From Chloroflexota bacterium (lineage in GTDB: Bacteria; Chloroflexota; UBA11872; VXOZ01), in contig OZ244922.1 of NCBI GenBank assembly GCA_965221905.1, forward strand, positions 992,001-1,056,000: 64,000 nt of DNA, in the 5' to 3' direction. Under the pieces are notes generated by a model, which saw nothing but the letters and a program-made list of their open reading frames with translations, was not told where the DNA came from and did no database searches. The stretch's first letter is position 1. The number at the start of each line of letters is the position of its first letter. Positions 10,069 through 20,778 of the stretch are shown in pieces. The position numbers and the translations under genes were made by a program.

Positions 10069-11304
10069 TCAAAGGAAGAGATTTGGTGTAGGTTCGGTAT
10101 CCGCGCTGGCCCAGACCTGGCGAATGCGATGGTTGAAGCTATCGGCGATGTAGAGGTTACCCGCAATGTCCACCGCCACGCCGAGCGGGTAGTGGAGTGT
10201 AGCGGCCGGCCAACCGTCTCCGCTAAAGCCAAAGAGCGCGCCTCCCGCGACTGTGTCGATGCTGCCTTCCGGCGTAACTTTGCGAACGCGATGATTGAAC
10301 GTGTCAGCAATGTAGAGATTGCCTTGGCTATCCACGGCAATGCCGTACGGAGCACGCAACGTTGCTTGCGTGGCATTGCCGCGATCGCCGTTGAAACCGG
10401 AACTGCCGGTGCCGGCAACCGTTGTGATTAGGCCGTCGGTATCCACCATGCGTATGCGGCGATTCTCCCGATCTACGATGTAGAGCTTGCCTTCGCTGGA
10501 GACGGCCACGCCACGAGGGCTGTTTAAGCGGGCAAGCGCGGCCGGCCCGCCGTCGCCGCTGTACCCAGCCGCGCCCCCGCCGGCCACGGTGGTGATAGTG
10601 CCGTCCGCCGCCAGTTTTCGCACCCGGTGGTTGCGGGTGTCGGCAATATAGAGGGTGCCGTCAGTCGCCACGGCAACGCCGGTCGGAAAGGAAAGCTCTG
10701 CCGCAGTGCCGGGGCCGCCGTCGCCGGCGAAACCTGACTCTCCAGTGCCCGCTATCGTACTGATAGTACCGTCGATAGTCACCTTTCGGATACGGTGATT
10801 GTAGGTGTCGGCGATGTAAAGCGTGCCGTCGGAGTCGAGCGCGACGCCCAGCGGTGTGCGCAAACGGGCGTCGCGGGCCTGCCCGCCGTCCCCGTCAGCG
10901 CCGGCCTCTCCGGTACCCGCGAGCGTTGTGATTACGCCATCGGGTGCGATTTGTCGAATCTTATGGTTGAAAGCATCTGCGATGTACACGTTGCCCGCAG
11001 TGTCTATGGCTAGGCCCGCCGGAGTATTCAGCGTAGCCTCCACGGCCTGGCTGCCGTCGCCGCTGCTGCTCGCAATGCCGTTGCCCGCTATAGTGGTGAT
11101 GAGGCTGAAGCGGGTGACCACGGACTCGTGCTGGGAAAGCAGGTGGCTGCTTGCCTGGAGCGCGGGGAGACCGAAGATGAACAGCCCGAGAGCGGCGCAG
11201 ATGAAAGTAAGGAGCGCACGAGCAGTGTACGCGGGGTTGACAAAAGAGCGTTGCGTTTGACGAAACATAAGCGTTTGGCAAATACTGTTGACAGATACTC
11301 TCAC
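10069..11304 (-). CDS. secreted NHL-repeat beta-propeller protein
   Basis: Six repeats of P.G.A.D..GNLYIAD..NHRIR....G.I.T.AG.G; N-terminal hydrophobic signal. The true start may be downstream. Confidence 0.9.
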   Translation of the reverse strand: MRVSVNSICQTLMFRQTQRSFVNPAYTARALLTFICAALGLFIFGLPALQASSHLLSQHESVVTRFSLITTIAGNGIASSSGDGSQAVEATLNTPAGLAIDTAGNVYIADAFNHKIRQIAPDGVITTLAGTGEAGADGDGGQARDARLRTPLGVALDSDGTLYIADTYNHRIRKVTIDGTISTIAGTGESGFAGDGGPGTAAELSFPTGVAVATDGTLYIADTRNHRVRKLAADGTITTVAGGGAAGYSGDGGPAALARLNSPRGVAVSSEGKLYIVDRENRRIRMVDTDGLITTVAGTGSSGFNGDRGNATQATLRAPYGIAVDSQGNLYIADTFNHRVRKVTPEGSIDTVAGGALFGFSGDGWPAATLHYPLGVAVDIAGNLYIADSFNHRIRQVWASADTEPTPNLFL

Positions 11305-11382
11305 TTTATCCGGGTTTGCGTTGACTCATTATACGCCAAGCATCTGTGGCGGCCTACATGATTGGCTCTCGTAGGGTGGTGA

Positions 11383-13905
11383 ATGCTGATGTATAAGCGC
11401 CTTCTCGTCGTTGTGCTGGCCGCTTGCATTTGCCTATTGTTAGCGGCATGCGGAGAGGACGAGCCGGACGCTGCCGCTCCGGCTGAAGAAGCGCGGCCGC
11501 TGCCTTCCCCGCAGATTACCCAAACGGCCGTTCCCACAGCAACGGCACTCCCACCAACGCCTTCGGCGATCCCGCCGTCGCCGACGCCGACGGTTGAGCC
11601 AACGTCACTTCCCGCTACCCCAGACGTTTCGCCCACGCTGACCGCAACGCCTGTTCCTAGCCCAACGCCGGATCCCACACCTACGACGGCGCCTTCTCCC
11701 ACGCCGTTCGCTACATCCGCGCCGACTCCATCGCCATCACCGGAGCTCTCGCCCACGCCGGAGGTAACGCCCATGCCGAAGGCAACGCCCTCGCCGGCTG
11801 ACATGGCAGCGCTCAACTTTACCGGCGTTCGTGTCGTGCTGCGCGAGCCAAGCCAGGTGCAGGCGATCTTCTCGCTCCGCGATCAAGAAGGCAACCCCGC
11901 CATCCTGCCTGCGGCAGAGCTGCAGCAGGCGACGCGCATTTTCGAGCGCGGTGCAGGTGCGGACGTGTGGGAAGAGGTCGACTACACGGAAACCAACCTA
12001 TTTGTGCACTCCGCAGAGCGTTTTGCGCTAGAGGTGGTGTTTGTCCTCGACTTCACGCGCAGCATGACCACGTGGCAATTGCCGGACGGCACGGCGGGCA
12101 GTACCCTCATGCGTCAAGCGCTGGAAAGCGCCCTCGACCGTTTGCCGGAAGCGCACCGCGTCGGCGTTGTTGCCTTTCACGACCGCTCTGCAGAGCCGGT
12201 GATCATCGCTTTTCCCACGACCGATAGAGACCTCATCCGGACGGAGGTCGCCCGATTTGCCGAATCCGGTTTCGACTCCGGTTCCAGCCGCCTTTGGGAT
12301 GCAGTCGAACGTGGCCTTGACCTGTTCTCGGCCCAGGCAGACACGGCTGCCGATGTAACCCGCGCCCTGGTTTTTCTCTCGGACGGCAGAGACACCAGCA
12401 GCCTGCGCCAACGCCACGAAGTTGGGCTACTCGCGCAGGATAGAGGCGTGCAACTCTACCCGCTTGGGCTTGGTGATGTCTACCAGGAGTCGGACCTGCG
12501 CGCCCTGGCAACAACGACGAACGGCGCTTACTACGCCGTAGCCGAGCTCGCGCAGCTTGAGACGCAGTTCATTGCGTTGGTGAATGATTTTGCCGGTCAA
12601 TACAAGCTCAGCTACACCACGCTGCGTCGCGACGGGGAATATGCGATTCGTATCGAGACGACTCTAGACGGCGTTACCGGTGTCTTCACCAGTGAGGCAT
12701 TGCCTTTCGGCGAGATCTATAGTCCCGATACGCAAGGACGCATCGCGGTCGATCCGCTTACGATTGATGTCGAAGAGCAGAGCGCAACTACATTCGTGCG
12801 TGCGCTCCACGTGCCGCGCAACATTCAGCACTTTCGCTTTACGCTCGACATCGACCGGCCTGTCACAGTCTCACTCGTGTCGGCGAGTGCAGGCGGTTTG
12901 CTGGAAGGATGGGAACTCTCGCCACCGGATGACGTGGGCTACTGGATGGCAACCGGGCCGACGCCGCTGCCGTTCGGTAATTTCGGCCTGCTCTTTAAAG
13001 TGGTCGTGACGGACGTAGCCGCTGAAGAGATTGCCATACGCATTGTGTTCGATAACAGCGCGTATGCCGGCAATAAGCAATTCGTCGTGGTTTCCGGTGG
13101 CGCCGAGGAGCGACTACCGCAAATCGCTTTTGCCAGTTTACGTGACGAAAATTGGGAAATCTACGCTATGAATGCCGATGGCAGCGGCGTGACGCGCCTG
13201 ACGGAGGATCCCGGTAACGACGTGGCTCCTAATTGGTCGCCCGACGCGCGGCGTGTAGCCTTTGCCAGCAATCGCGCCGGGAACTTCGATATCTATGTGA
13301 TGAACGCCGACGGCAGCGAGGTGACGCAATTGACAGACGACCCCGGCGATGACTTTGCACCCCGCTGGTCGCCGGACGGCCGCAAGCTGGCCTTCTACAG
13401 CGAACGGGCGAGCAACGTCGATATCTACGTGATGAATGCCGACGGCAGCGGGCAGACGAGACTCACCGCGGACCGCGGGCGTGATCTAACGCCGTCCTGG
13501 TCGCCCGATGGGGTGAAGATTGCGTTCACTAGCGACCGCGAACGGAATTTCGACATTTTTGTCATGAATGCCGACGGCAGTCGGCAGACCCGGCTCACGA
13601 GCGACCGGGCAGCGGATACGGCTCCGGCGTGGTCGCCGGATGGGCGTAAGCTGGCCTTCACGAGCAAGCGCTCCGGCAATTGGGAAATCCACACGATAAA
13701 CGCCGACGGTAGCGAGTTGAACCGACTTACATCCCACCCGGCCGACGATTTCGGCGCAGCCTGGTCGGCAGACGGCAACAGCCTGGCTTTCTATAGCATC
13801 AGAAACCTGAACTACGAAATCTACGTGATGAACGTCGCCAACGGCAACGTCACACGCCTCACCAACCACCCAGCCCTCGACGCCGACCCGGCATGGTCGC
13901 CGTAG
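11383..13905 (+). CDS. lipoprotein with Pro/Thr linker, VWA domain and TolB-like PD40 repeats
   Basis: Lipobox LAAC; [10 protein letters not shown] (MIDAS-like) and FLSDG; six P.WSPDG..LAF.S.R...EIYVMNADG repeats. Confidence 0.9.
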   Translation: MLMYKRLLVVVLAACICLLLAACGEDEPDAAAPAEEARPLPSPQITQTAVPTATALPPTPSAIPPSPTPTVEPTSLPATPDVSPTLTATPVPSPTPDPTPTTAPSPTPFATSAPTPSPSPELSPTPEVTPMPKATPSPADMAALNFTGVRVVLREPSQVQAIFSLRDQEGNPAILPAAELQQATRIFERGAGADVWEEVDYTETNLFVHSAERFALEVVFVLDFTRSMTTWQLPDGTAGSTLMRQALESALDRLPEAHRVGVVAFHDRSAEPVIIAFPTTDRDLIRTEVARFAESGFDSGSSRLWDAVERGLDLFSAQADTAADVTRALVFLSDGRDTSSLRQRHEVGLLAQDRGVQLYPLGLGDVYQESDLRALATTTNGAYYAVAELAQLETQFIALVNDFAGQYKLSYTTLRRDGEYAIRIETTLDGVTGVFTSEALPFGEIYSPDTQGRIAVDPLTIDVEEQSATTFVRALHVPRNIQHFRFTLDIDRPVTVSLVSASAGGLLEGWELSPPDDVGYWMATGPTPLPFGNFGLLFKVVVTDVAAEEIAIRIVFDNSAYAGNKQFVVVSGGAEERLPQIAFASLRDENWEIYAMNADGSGVTRLTEDPGNDVAPNWSPDARRVAFASNRAGNFDIYVMNADGSEVTQLTDDPGDDFAPRWSPDGRKLAFYSERASNVDIYVMNADGSGQTRLTADRGRDLTPSWSPDGVKIAFTSDRERNFDIFVMNADGSRQTRLTSDRAADTAPAWSPDGRKLAFTSKRSGNWEIHTINADGSELNRLTSHPADDFGAAWSADGNSLAFYSIRNLNYEIYVMNVANGNVTRLTNHPALDADPAWSP

Positions 13906-13969
13906 CGGAATCTCGACAAAGGGATCACCGTGCATTTCAATTGTGGCACTAGAGTTGCCTACTTGCGCT

Positions 13970-15040
13970 CTAATCCCTGCTTTTTGCATCCACTATCAGA
14001 GGTGTAAGGACTAGGCCAAGTAGCATTTTGCTCAACTCTTCTGGGTGAATCGAAAGCATTTCGGCGATTTGAAACACCGTAGTTCCTTCCTCTCGAAGAG
14101 ATCGAAGGACCTTTCCAAGGATTTGCGAAGTTTCTCTTTGAGCGCTCTTTGGTTCATTCAAGCGGAAGCCCTTCTGCCCCATTTCAATGAACAACATCCG
14201 ATATTGGTGATCACTAAGGAGTCCGAGTTTATGCATACGATAGGTCAGGTTAGTCACGGACACGATCCAATACTCCTTTGCCTCAATGATCTGGCCAAGG
14301 GAGCCTCTTCGCGGCGCATGAGCCAAAATACTTCCCGGTGGCATCAGGAATGCTGAACCAAACTGTTGGGCTTCAAACTCAGCCTGGCGATTCCTCAGTG
14401 ACCCACCTTCTGAATGGAGGATTAGATGCCCAAGTTCGTGAGCTGCGTCCATTCGGCTTCGTTCTGTGTTTTTCGTTGTATTGAGAAGAATGTATGGGGT
14501 GCTTCCTCTCCAAAATGAGTATGCATCGATAGCCGCAGCGTCTTCTGCAAGTGAAAAAATGCGTACGCCATGCAACTCAAGCAAATGGATCATATTCATT
14601 ATTGGGCGCTCACCCAAGCGCCATCTGCTGCGTATCTCCATCGCAGTCAATTCAGGGTCCACACTTTGGTATCGAGGAATATCTGTTTCGGGCAAGTCGA
14701 ACCTCGCCTCAATCCAATCAGAGAGGTTTAGTGCTAGCGTACCTGCGGCTATGGCCTGATCACGCAGTCTTGCGGTTACGGTGCTAAGCGCGCGGAAACT
14801 TGCGCCTTCCAATGGTGGATCTTCAAGAGTATCTGCGAAGAAGAAATCTAGAGGGAACCGTAGAATCTCAGAGAATCTAGCAACTGTCTCTTTGCTGGGG
14901 ATTCGACTTCCAGCAAAATAGTTCGCCAATGCCCTTGTCGATAATCCTGACCGCTTAACTAAGTCGCGTTTTGACATTCCCCTCCGTCGCCGTGCCAGTT
15001 CCAACCTGGATGGGTTTATCTTTGAGTGAGCTGTTTTCAT
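13970..15040 (-). CDS. XRE HTH + ImmA/IrrE (M78) zinc metallopeptidase, RmrA-like antitoxin
   Basis: N-terminal XRE HTH (RLELARRRRGMSKRDL); RMDAAHELGHL (HEXXH); EFEAQQFGSAFLMP. Confidence 0.9.
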   Translation of the reverse strand: MKTAHSKINPSRLELARRRRGMSKRDLVKRSGLSTRALANYFAGSRIPSKETVARFSEILRFPLDFFFADTLEDPPLEGASFRALSTVTARLRDQAIAAGTLALNLSDWIEARFDLPETDIPRYQSVDPELTAMEIRSRWRLGERPIMNMIHLLELHGVRIFSLAEDAAAIDAYSFWRGSTPYILLNTTKNTERSRMDAAHELGHLILHSEGGSLRNRQAEFEAQQFGSAFLMPPGSILAHAPRRGSLGQIIEAKEYWIVSVTNLTYRMHKLGLLSDHQYRMLFIEMGQKGFRLNEPKSAQRETSQILGKVLRSLREEGTTVFQIAEMLSIHPEELSKMLLGLVLTPLIVDAKSRD

Positions 15041-15705
15041 CCTGTGCGCCTTTTCCTCCTAACTGGCACATCAATGAGATCGTCAACACTGGGATCGAAT
15101 TCCGTATGGCTTGTATCGATTTGGAACTTATCTTCTGGATCCGAAAGGATGATGCGCTCTTCCCAAACACTCACACGACCATCCAAATTGGTGGCCACGG
15201 GAAGTGAGAATTCTGCCCTAACTTTATCTGAATTCCTACCGTAGATATAAAACAATAGAATCCAAGTCTTCCTCTTTTCCGTGGGCTTGCGCCACTTAGG
15301 ATCGAAACTCACGTCTGAAAAGCTAGGCTGGTTGTCATTTATTATCCTCTTGGTCATCACCCCCTTTTGAACACGAGTCATGGGTGTCCGGTCTTGAATT
15401 CCGGTATTACAGTCTCCTGCTGCTGCAACAATACCTAGTCTCCTATCGGGGTGGACCGTCATCTCATAGTTGTTCGGATTCTCTTTGAGCCAGCCCTTTG
15501 GCACTAGAAAGTCACGCAACCTACGAGTCACCTTCGTCCAAGCAATTACGCTCTTTCCCACAGATGGATCATGTAGCGTGCATTCGGCAGCGAAAGCTTG
15601 TCCGTACTTTACAGACTCCCAAAGGAAAGTCTGCGTAAGATCAAGTTGGTAGAGTCGGTCCTCAACCTCTGCAAGACCCCGGAAACTACTAGCTGTAAGT
15701 TGCAT
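15037..15705 (-). CDS. putative toxin coupled to the XRE/IrrE gene (RosmerTA RmrT-like)
   Basis: 4-nt ATGA overlap with the peptidase gene; lower-GC segment; RLR..L...GW / GD..TG / W.LL / R.E.SLP / W.ERII pattern resembles partners of XRE-M78 antitoxins. Confidence 0.6.
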   Translation of the reverse strand: MQLTASSFRGLAEVEDRLYQLDLTQTFLWESVKYGQAFAAECTLHDPSVGKSVIAWTKVTRRLRDFLVPKGWLKENPNNYEMTVHPDRRLGIVAAAGDCNTGIQDRTPMTRVQKGVMTKRIINDNQPSFSDVSFDPKWRKPTEKRKTWILLFYIYGRNSDKVRAEFSLPVATNLDGRVSVWEERIILSDPEDKFQIDTSHTEFDPSVDDLIDVPVRRKRRTG

Positions 15706-15942
15706 TTATCAATCCTTTAACTCTCAAGATGATGAGTTGATGTGCGTGTTATTCTACCACATATGAGGTGGAAAAACACGCACATCATTGAAAGGTTCCG
15801 GTCTATTTGCAGTATCGCAGCCAAATGCCCTCTCGTTCTGATTCGTGATACCGTATACTGCGACTGTTTTGCTTACTGGAGAAATCCCAATTCTCCCTTT
15901 AGGATAAGCTGAGGACGCGCGTACACGAAAGAGGATGAACCC

Positions 15943-17106
15943 ATGCGTTTTGCGAATCGGATAGCCAAATTGCCGCCGTATTTGTTTGCCGAGGTTGATC
16001 GGCGGATTGCGGCCAAGCGGAAAGAGGGCGTGGACGTTATTTCGCTGGGTATCGGCGATCCCGACCTGCCCACGCCGCAGCACGTGGTCGATGCACTGTC
16101 TGCCGCCGCGGCCAAGCCCTACACCCACCAATACCCGGAGTATGAGGGCTTGCCGGCGTTTCGGGAAGCCGTGGCAACATGGTACGGAAACCGGTTTGGC
16201 GTGAAGCTCGACCCTGAGACACAGGTGGTCTCGCTGATTGGCTCTAAAGAGGGCATTGCCCACTTTCCCGTGGCGGTGGTGGATCCCGGCGACGTGGTAT
16301 TGGCTACCGATCCCGGCTATCCGGTCTATAACACCGGCACGCTCTTTTCCGACGGCGAGACCTACTACGTGCCGCTGCGGGCGGAGAACGACTTCTTGCC
16401 GGATCTCGCCGCCATTCCCAATGACGTGATCAAGCGCGCTAAGCTGCTCTGGATTTGCTACCCGAACAATCCCACCGCGGCGGTGGCGCCCCGCTCGTTC
16501 TTCGAGGAGTGCGTGGCATTCGGCAAGGAGCATGACCTCATAATCGCCCACGACGCGGCCTACACCGAGGTATGTTTCGACGGCTACAAGCCGCTGAGCT
16601 TCTTGGAGGTGGATGGCGCCATGGACGTGGGCATCGAGTTTCACTCGCTCTCCAAGACCTACAACATGACCGGCTGGCGCATTGGCATGGCCGTGGGCAA
16701 TACTGACATCATCGAAGCGCTCGGCCGCGTGAAGACGAATATCGATTCCGGCATCTTTCGGGCCGTGCAGGAAGCCGGCGTAGTGGCCCTTAATGAGACG
16801 CCCCAGTCATGGATCGACGAGCGTAACGCCATCTATCAGGAGCGCCGCGACCTAATCCTTGACACTCTGGAATCCATGGGCCTGCAAGCGCAGCGGCCCA
16901 AAGCCAGCCTCTACGTGTGGTCGCCCACACCGGCGGGTATCTCCGCCATAGACTTCTCCGTGCGGCTGCTCGACGAGGCGGGTATAGTCATCACCCCGGG
17001 CGTCGGCTTTGGCGATGCCGGTGAAGGCTACTTCCGTATCTCCCTGGCCTGCCCCACCGACCGCCTGAAAGAGGCGTTGGAACGGCTCACAGCGGTTAGA
17101 ATCTAA
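15943..17106 (+). CDS. dapL: LL-diaminopimelate aminotransferase
   Basis: LPPYLFAE, SLGIGDPD, IGSKEG, YPNNPT and EFHSLSKTYNMTGWRIG motifs; dapF and lysA are in the same window. Confidence 0.9.
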   Translation: MRFANRIAKLPPYLFAEVDRRIAAKRKEGVDVISLGIGDPDLPTPQHVVDALSAAAAKPYTHQYPEYEGLPAFREAVATWYGNRFGVKLDPETQVVSLIGSKEGIAHFPVAVVDPGDVVLATDPGYPVYNTGTLFSDGETYYVPLRAENDFLPDLAAIPNDVIKRAKLLWICYPNNPTAAVAPRSFFEECVAFGKEHDLIIAHDAAYTEVCFDGYKPLSFLEVDGAMDVGIEFHSLSKTYNMTGWRIGMAVGNTDIIEALGRVKTNIDSGIFRAVQEAGVVALNETPQSWIDERNAIYQERRDLILDTLESMGLQAQRPKASLYVWSPTPAGISAIDFSVRLLDEAGIVITPGVGFGDAGEGYFRISLACPTDRLKEALERLTAVRI

Positions 17107-17147
17107 GTGTAATCTGCCTTGCAGGTCTCGGCTCTATACGCAAAGGA

Positions 17148-17264
17148 GCGGGGGACAAGCCCCCGCGCTACATTGTAACTCTAGTGGTCATCTTAGGGAG
17201 TGAAGTGACAAGGAATCTAGGCGCGAGTTGCTAGGAGTAGGGGCACGGCATGCCGTGCCTCTAC
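17148..17264. repeat. cluster of REP-like palindromes
   Basis: gcgggggacaagcccccgcgctaca (also ~29852, ~35674, ~43682) and gtaggggcacggcatgccgtgcctctac (17237-17264; also 22912, 24840, 26498, 61209). Confidence 0.85.
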
Positions 17265-17392
17265 GTGTCGTGCAAGGACAACTGATCACGAGGCATGGAG
17301 GGGTGGGCGGCGCTTGAAACGAGGTGAGATTTCGCTCGGGCTAGTATCGCGCTGGGCACAAGGGATTAAGTACAAGTATATAGGAGCGAGTC

Positions 17393-18373
17393 ATGAACAC
17401 GCCGCCTGAAACCTTTATCCGGGTACAATCTGCGCTGCTGGAAGCGTTTGTGAAGGACTGCTTTGTGGCGGTTGGCATGGCGGACGGGCACGCGCAGCAG
17501 ATGGCTGGGTGGCTGACAGGGAACGACCTGCGCGGCGTCTTCAGCCACGGCACGCGCCAGACGGTTGCCTACGTCGGTCACTACCAAAAGAAGGACCTCA
17601 ACGTTGCGCCTAACGTGCAAGTGGTACGCGAGACCGCGGTGACGGCTACCGTAGACGGCGACGGGGGTTTGGGGTACTTTCCCTCGTTTGCGGCGGCGAA
17701 TCTCGCGGTGCAAAAGGCGAAAGAGCACGGCGTGGCCAACGTGATTACGCGAAACCACGGGCACTTTGGCGCGGCGGGATTATGGTCACGCGTGATCGTG
17801 GGCGCCGACCTTGTGGCCTACGTGACCTCCGGCGCGCAACTCCAAATGAAGCCCGGTGCGCCCCATCGCCATGCCGCCGGTGGTTCCCCCATGAGCTTTG
17901 CCGCTCCAGGCGGCGAGGAGCCGCCGATTGTAATCGACTTTGGCGCCGTCCATGATCTCTACGATGGTGAACCGCACGTCAATGCCATAGAGATGCTGGC
18001 GCCCAGTGCCACCTATCGCAGCATCGGACTCGGCTCGTTCTGCCAGATTCTGGGTGGGTTTTTGTGCGGCGTGCCCTCCGCGCCGGAGCGCGCGCAGCGG
18101 GAATGGCCCGGCGCGAACCAAGGTTCGTTTATGACCGCCCACGATGTTTCCCACTACATGCCGCTCGATCGGTTCAAGAGCGAGGTGGACGATTATATCC
18201 GCCAGGTGCGTCAACTTGCACCGATTGCCAACCAGTCGGAGGTGGAAGTCGGCGGCGGCATGGAGGCGAAACGCGAACGCCAGTGGCGTAAAGAGGGCGT
18301 GCCCGTTGGCCCGGAGCACGCGAAGGCGCTGCAGGAATTGGGGCAAGAACTAGGAGTGCACGTTCCGTACTAG
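17393..18373 (+). CDS. Ldh_2 family (malate/L-lactate/ureidoglycolate-type) oxidoreductase
   Basis: DLRGVFSHG, VDGDGGLG, NHGHFGAAG and GGSPMSFA motifs. Confidence 0.88.
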   Translation: MNTPPETFIRVQSALLEAFVKDCFVAVGMADGHAQQMAGWLTGNDLRGVFSHGTRQTVAYVGHYQKKDLNVAPNVQVVRETAVTATVDGDGGLGYFPSFAAANLAVQKAKEHGVANVITRNHGHFGAAGLWSRVIVGADLVAYVTSGAQLQMKPGAPHRHAAGGSPMSFAAPGGEEPPIVIDFGAVHDLYDGEPHVNAIEMLAPSATYRSIGLGSFCQILGGFLCGVPSAPERAQREWPGANQGSFMTAHDVSHYMPLDRFKSEVDDYIRQVRQLAPIANQSEVEVGGGMEAKRERQWRKEGVPVGPEHAKALQELGQELGVHVPY

Positions 18374-18391
18374 GAGGTTAGCTAGCCTCTC

Positions 18392-18460
18392 CGTCACTCC
18401 GGCGTAGGCCGGAGTCCAGGGATCGGGGGAAGATGGATTCCCGCTTGCGCGAGAATGACG
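18392..18460. repeat. REP-like palindromic pair of the cgtcattcccgcgnaagcgggaatcca type
   Basis: Inverted pair here; related copies at ~692-719, ~26392, ~28049 and ~54369. Confidence 0.75.
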
Positions 18461-18587
18461 GGCCCGGTTCTCTGGCTGTGAGAGGCAAGCCCCCGAACTA
18501 CGTTTCCGAGCCAGAGGTCTTCAAAGAAACAACAGTCACTGTGACACCCCCTTTTGGGACTAGCAGGCGACCGGAAAGAGGTCACTG

Positions 18588-19373
18588 ATGCCAATACAGC
18601 TATCTGTGCGCCATGTGCTCCACGAACCGAATCCGCCGCACCTGCCGTATCGGGAAGAGCACTTCGGCTACGTGCACCTTCCGGTAAGTATTCCGCCGGA
18701 GCAGGCGGCGCTGGTGCTGGTGGACTGCTGGGACCAAATCATCGTCGAGAGCTTTCAGGAGCGCGCCGAACGGATTTGCGAGACGACGATCCGCCCGGTA
18801 TTGGAGGCGTCGCGGTCGGTTGGCATGACGGTAGTTCACGCACCGTCGCCGCCGGTGGCTGAGAAGTTTCGCCAGTTCCGGCCGCCGGGTGCGGCGGACG
18901 GGGAAGCGCCGGTAATATCAGACAGGCAGGATTGGCCTCCCCCCGAATTCGCTCAACGCCAAGGGGAATGGGCGCACCTACAGGCCCGGCGCAGCGGCCT
19001 GCACCAGGAGCAACTCGACCGCATCGACCGTGACCGCTCCATCCATCCGGCGGTGTTGCCGCAGTCAGGCGACTACGTCATAGCCACCGGCGATCAACTC
19101 CACCGTCTCTGCCGCGAGCGCGGCATTCTCTACCTCATCTACGTGGGTTTTGCCACCAATATCTGCGTGCCGGACCGCGATTACGGCATGCGCGCCATGC
19201 GCGATCGCGGCTATGCGCTGGTGCTGCTGCGTGACGCCACCACCGGCGTCGAGGCTGGCGACACATACCCGATACTTGCAGCCACTAGTGTGATGATCCA
19301 TCAATTTGAGTTGCGGGACATCGCGGGGACGATAACGTCCGATGCGTTCTTGGCTGCCATCGAGGATTTGTGA
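18588..19373 (+). CDS. isochorismatase/cysteine hydrolase family protein
   Basis: ALVLVDCW, VVHAPS, YVGFATNICV and LLRDATT motifs. Confidence 0.85.
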   Translation: MPIQLSVRHVLHEPNPPHLPYREEHFGYVHLPVSIPPEQAALVLVDCWDQIIVESFQERAERICETTIRPVLEASRSVGMTVVHAPSPPVAEKFRQFRPPGAADGEAPVISDRQDWPPPEFAQRQGEWAHLQARRSGLHQEQLDRIDRDRSIHPAVLPQSGDYVIATGDQLHRLCRERGILYLIYVGFATNICVPDRDYGMRAMRDRGYALVLLRDATTGVEAGDTYPILAATSVMIHQFELRDIAGTITSDAFLAAIEDL

Positions 19374-19390
19374 AAAGGATATCCATTCAT

Positions 19391-19443
19391 CCTTCGACAG
19401 GCTCAGGACGAACGGATAAAGACTGTTTTGACGGAGTATTCGT
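19391..19443. repeat. REP-like repeat cttcgacaggctcaggacgaacgg (intact copy of the IS110 target)
   Basis: Nearly identical to the IS-interrupted copy (~19486-19500 plus 20653-20688); related copies at ~32042, ~32350 and ~56362-56420. Confidence 0.9.
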
Positions 19444-19515
19444 ACTTGGTTTCCCTAAGGGGGTGTAGGTCAGTATCCTTACATCCTTCGACAGGCTCAG
19501 AAACTGTCTTGGGTG

Positions 19516-20469
<954 letters not shown>

Positions 20470-20479
20470 CTATGGCTGG

Positions 20480-20636
20480 CGCTCCCATGCAGTCCCTGCC
20501 TTACGGATACGGACTTCGTGTCCCGGTAACTGTTCGGGCTCTGGGGGAGCTCGGCAGGTGTGGCGACCACTCTGAGCCACGGTCTGCCAGACCTAGGACG
20601 AACCGGTCTGCCACGCCTGCTCCCATTCTATCTCCC
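20480..20636 (-). ncRNA. IS110 bridge RNA (target-binding and donor-binding loops); ends approximate
   Basis: Minus strand: GTTCGTCCT (20603-20595), hairpin GGTCT-GGC-AGACC, GGCTCAG (20578-20572) inside a closing stem; then ACAGTTAC (20533-20526), hairpin GGAC..GTCC, CGTAAG (20505-20500). Confidence 0.85.
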
Positions 20637-20778
20637 TTTTCCAAGATATAAGGACGAACGGATAAAGACTGTTTCGACGGAGTATTCGTTCTTCCGTTTG
20701 TGATGAGCACTTCGACAAGCTCAGCGCAGGCTTGACGAACCATGAACGGCGATTGCCCTAGAGCTTCCCACATGCGTT

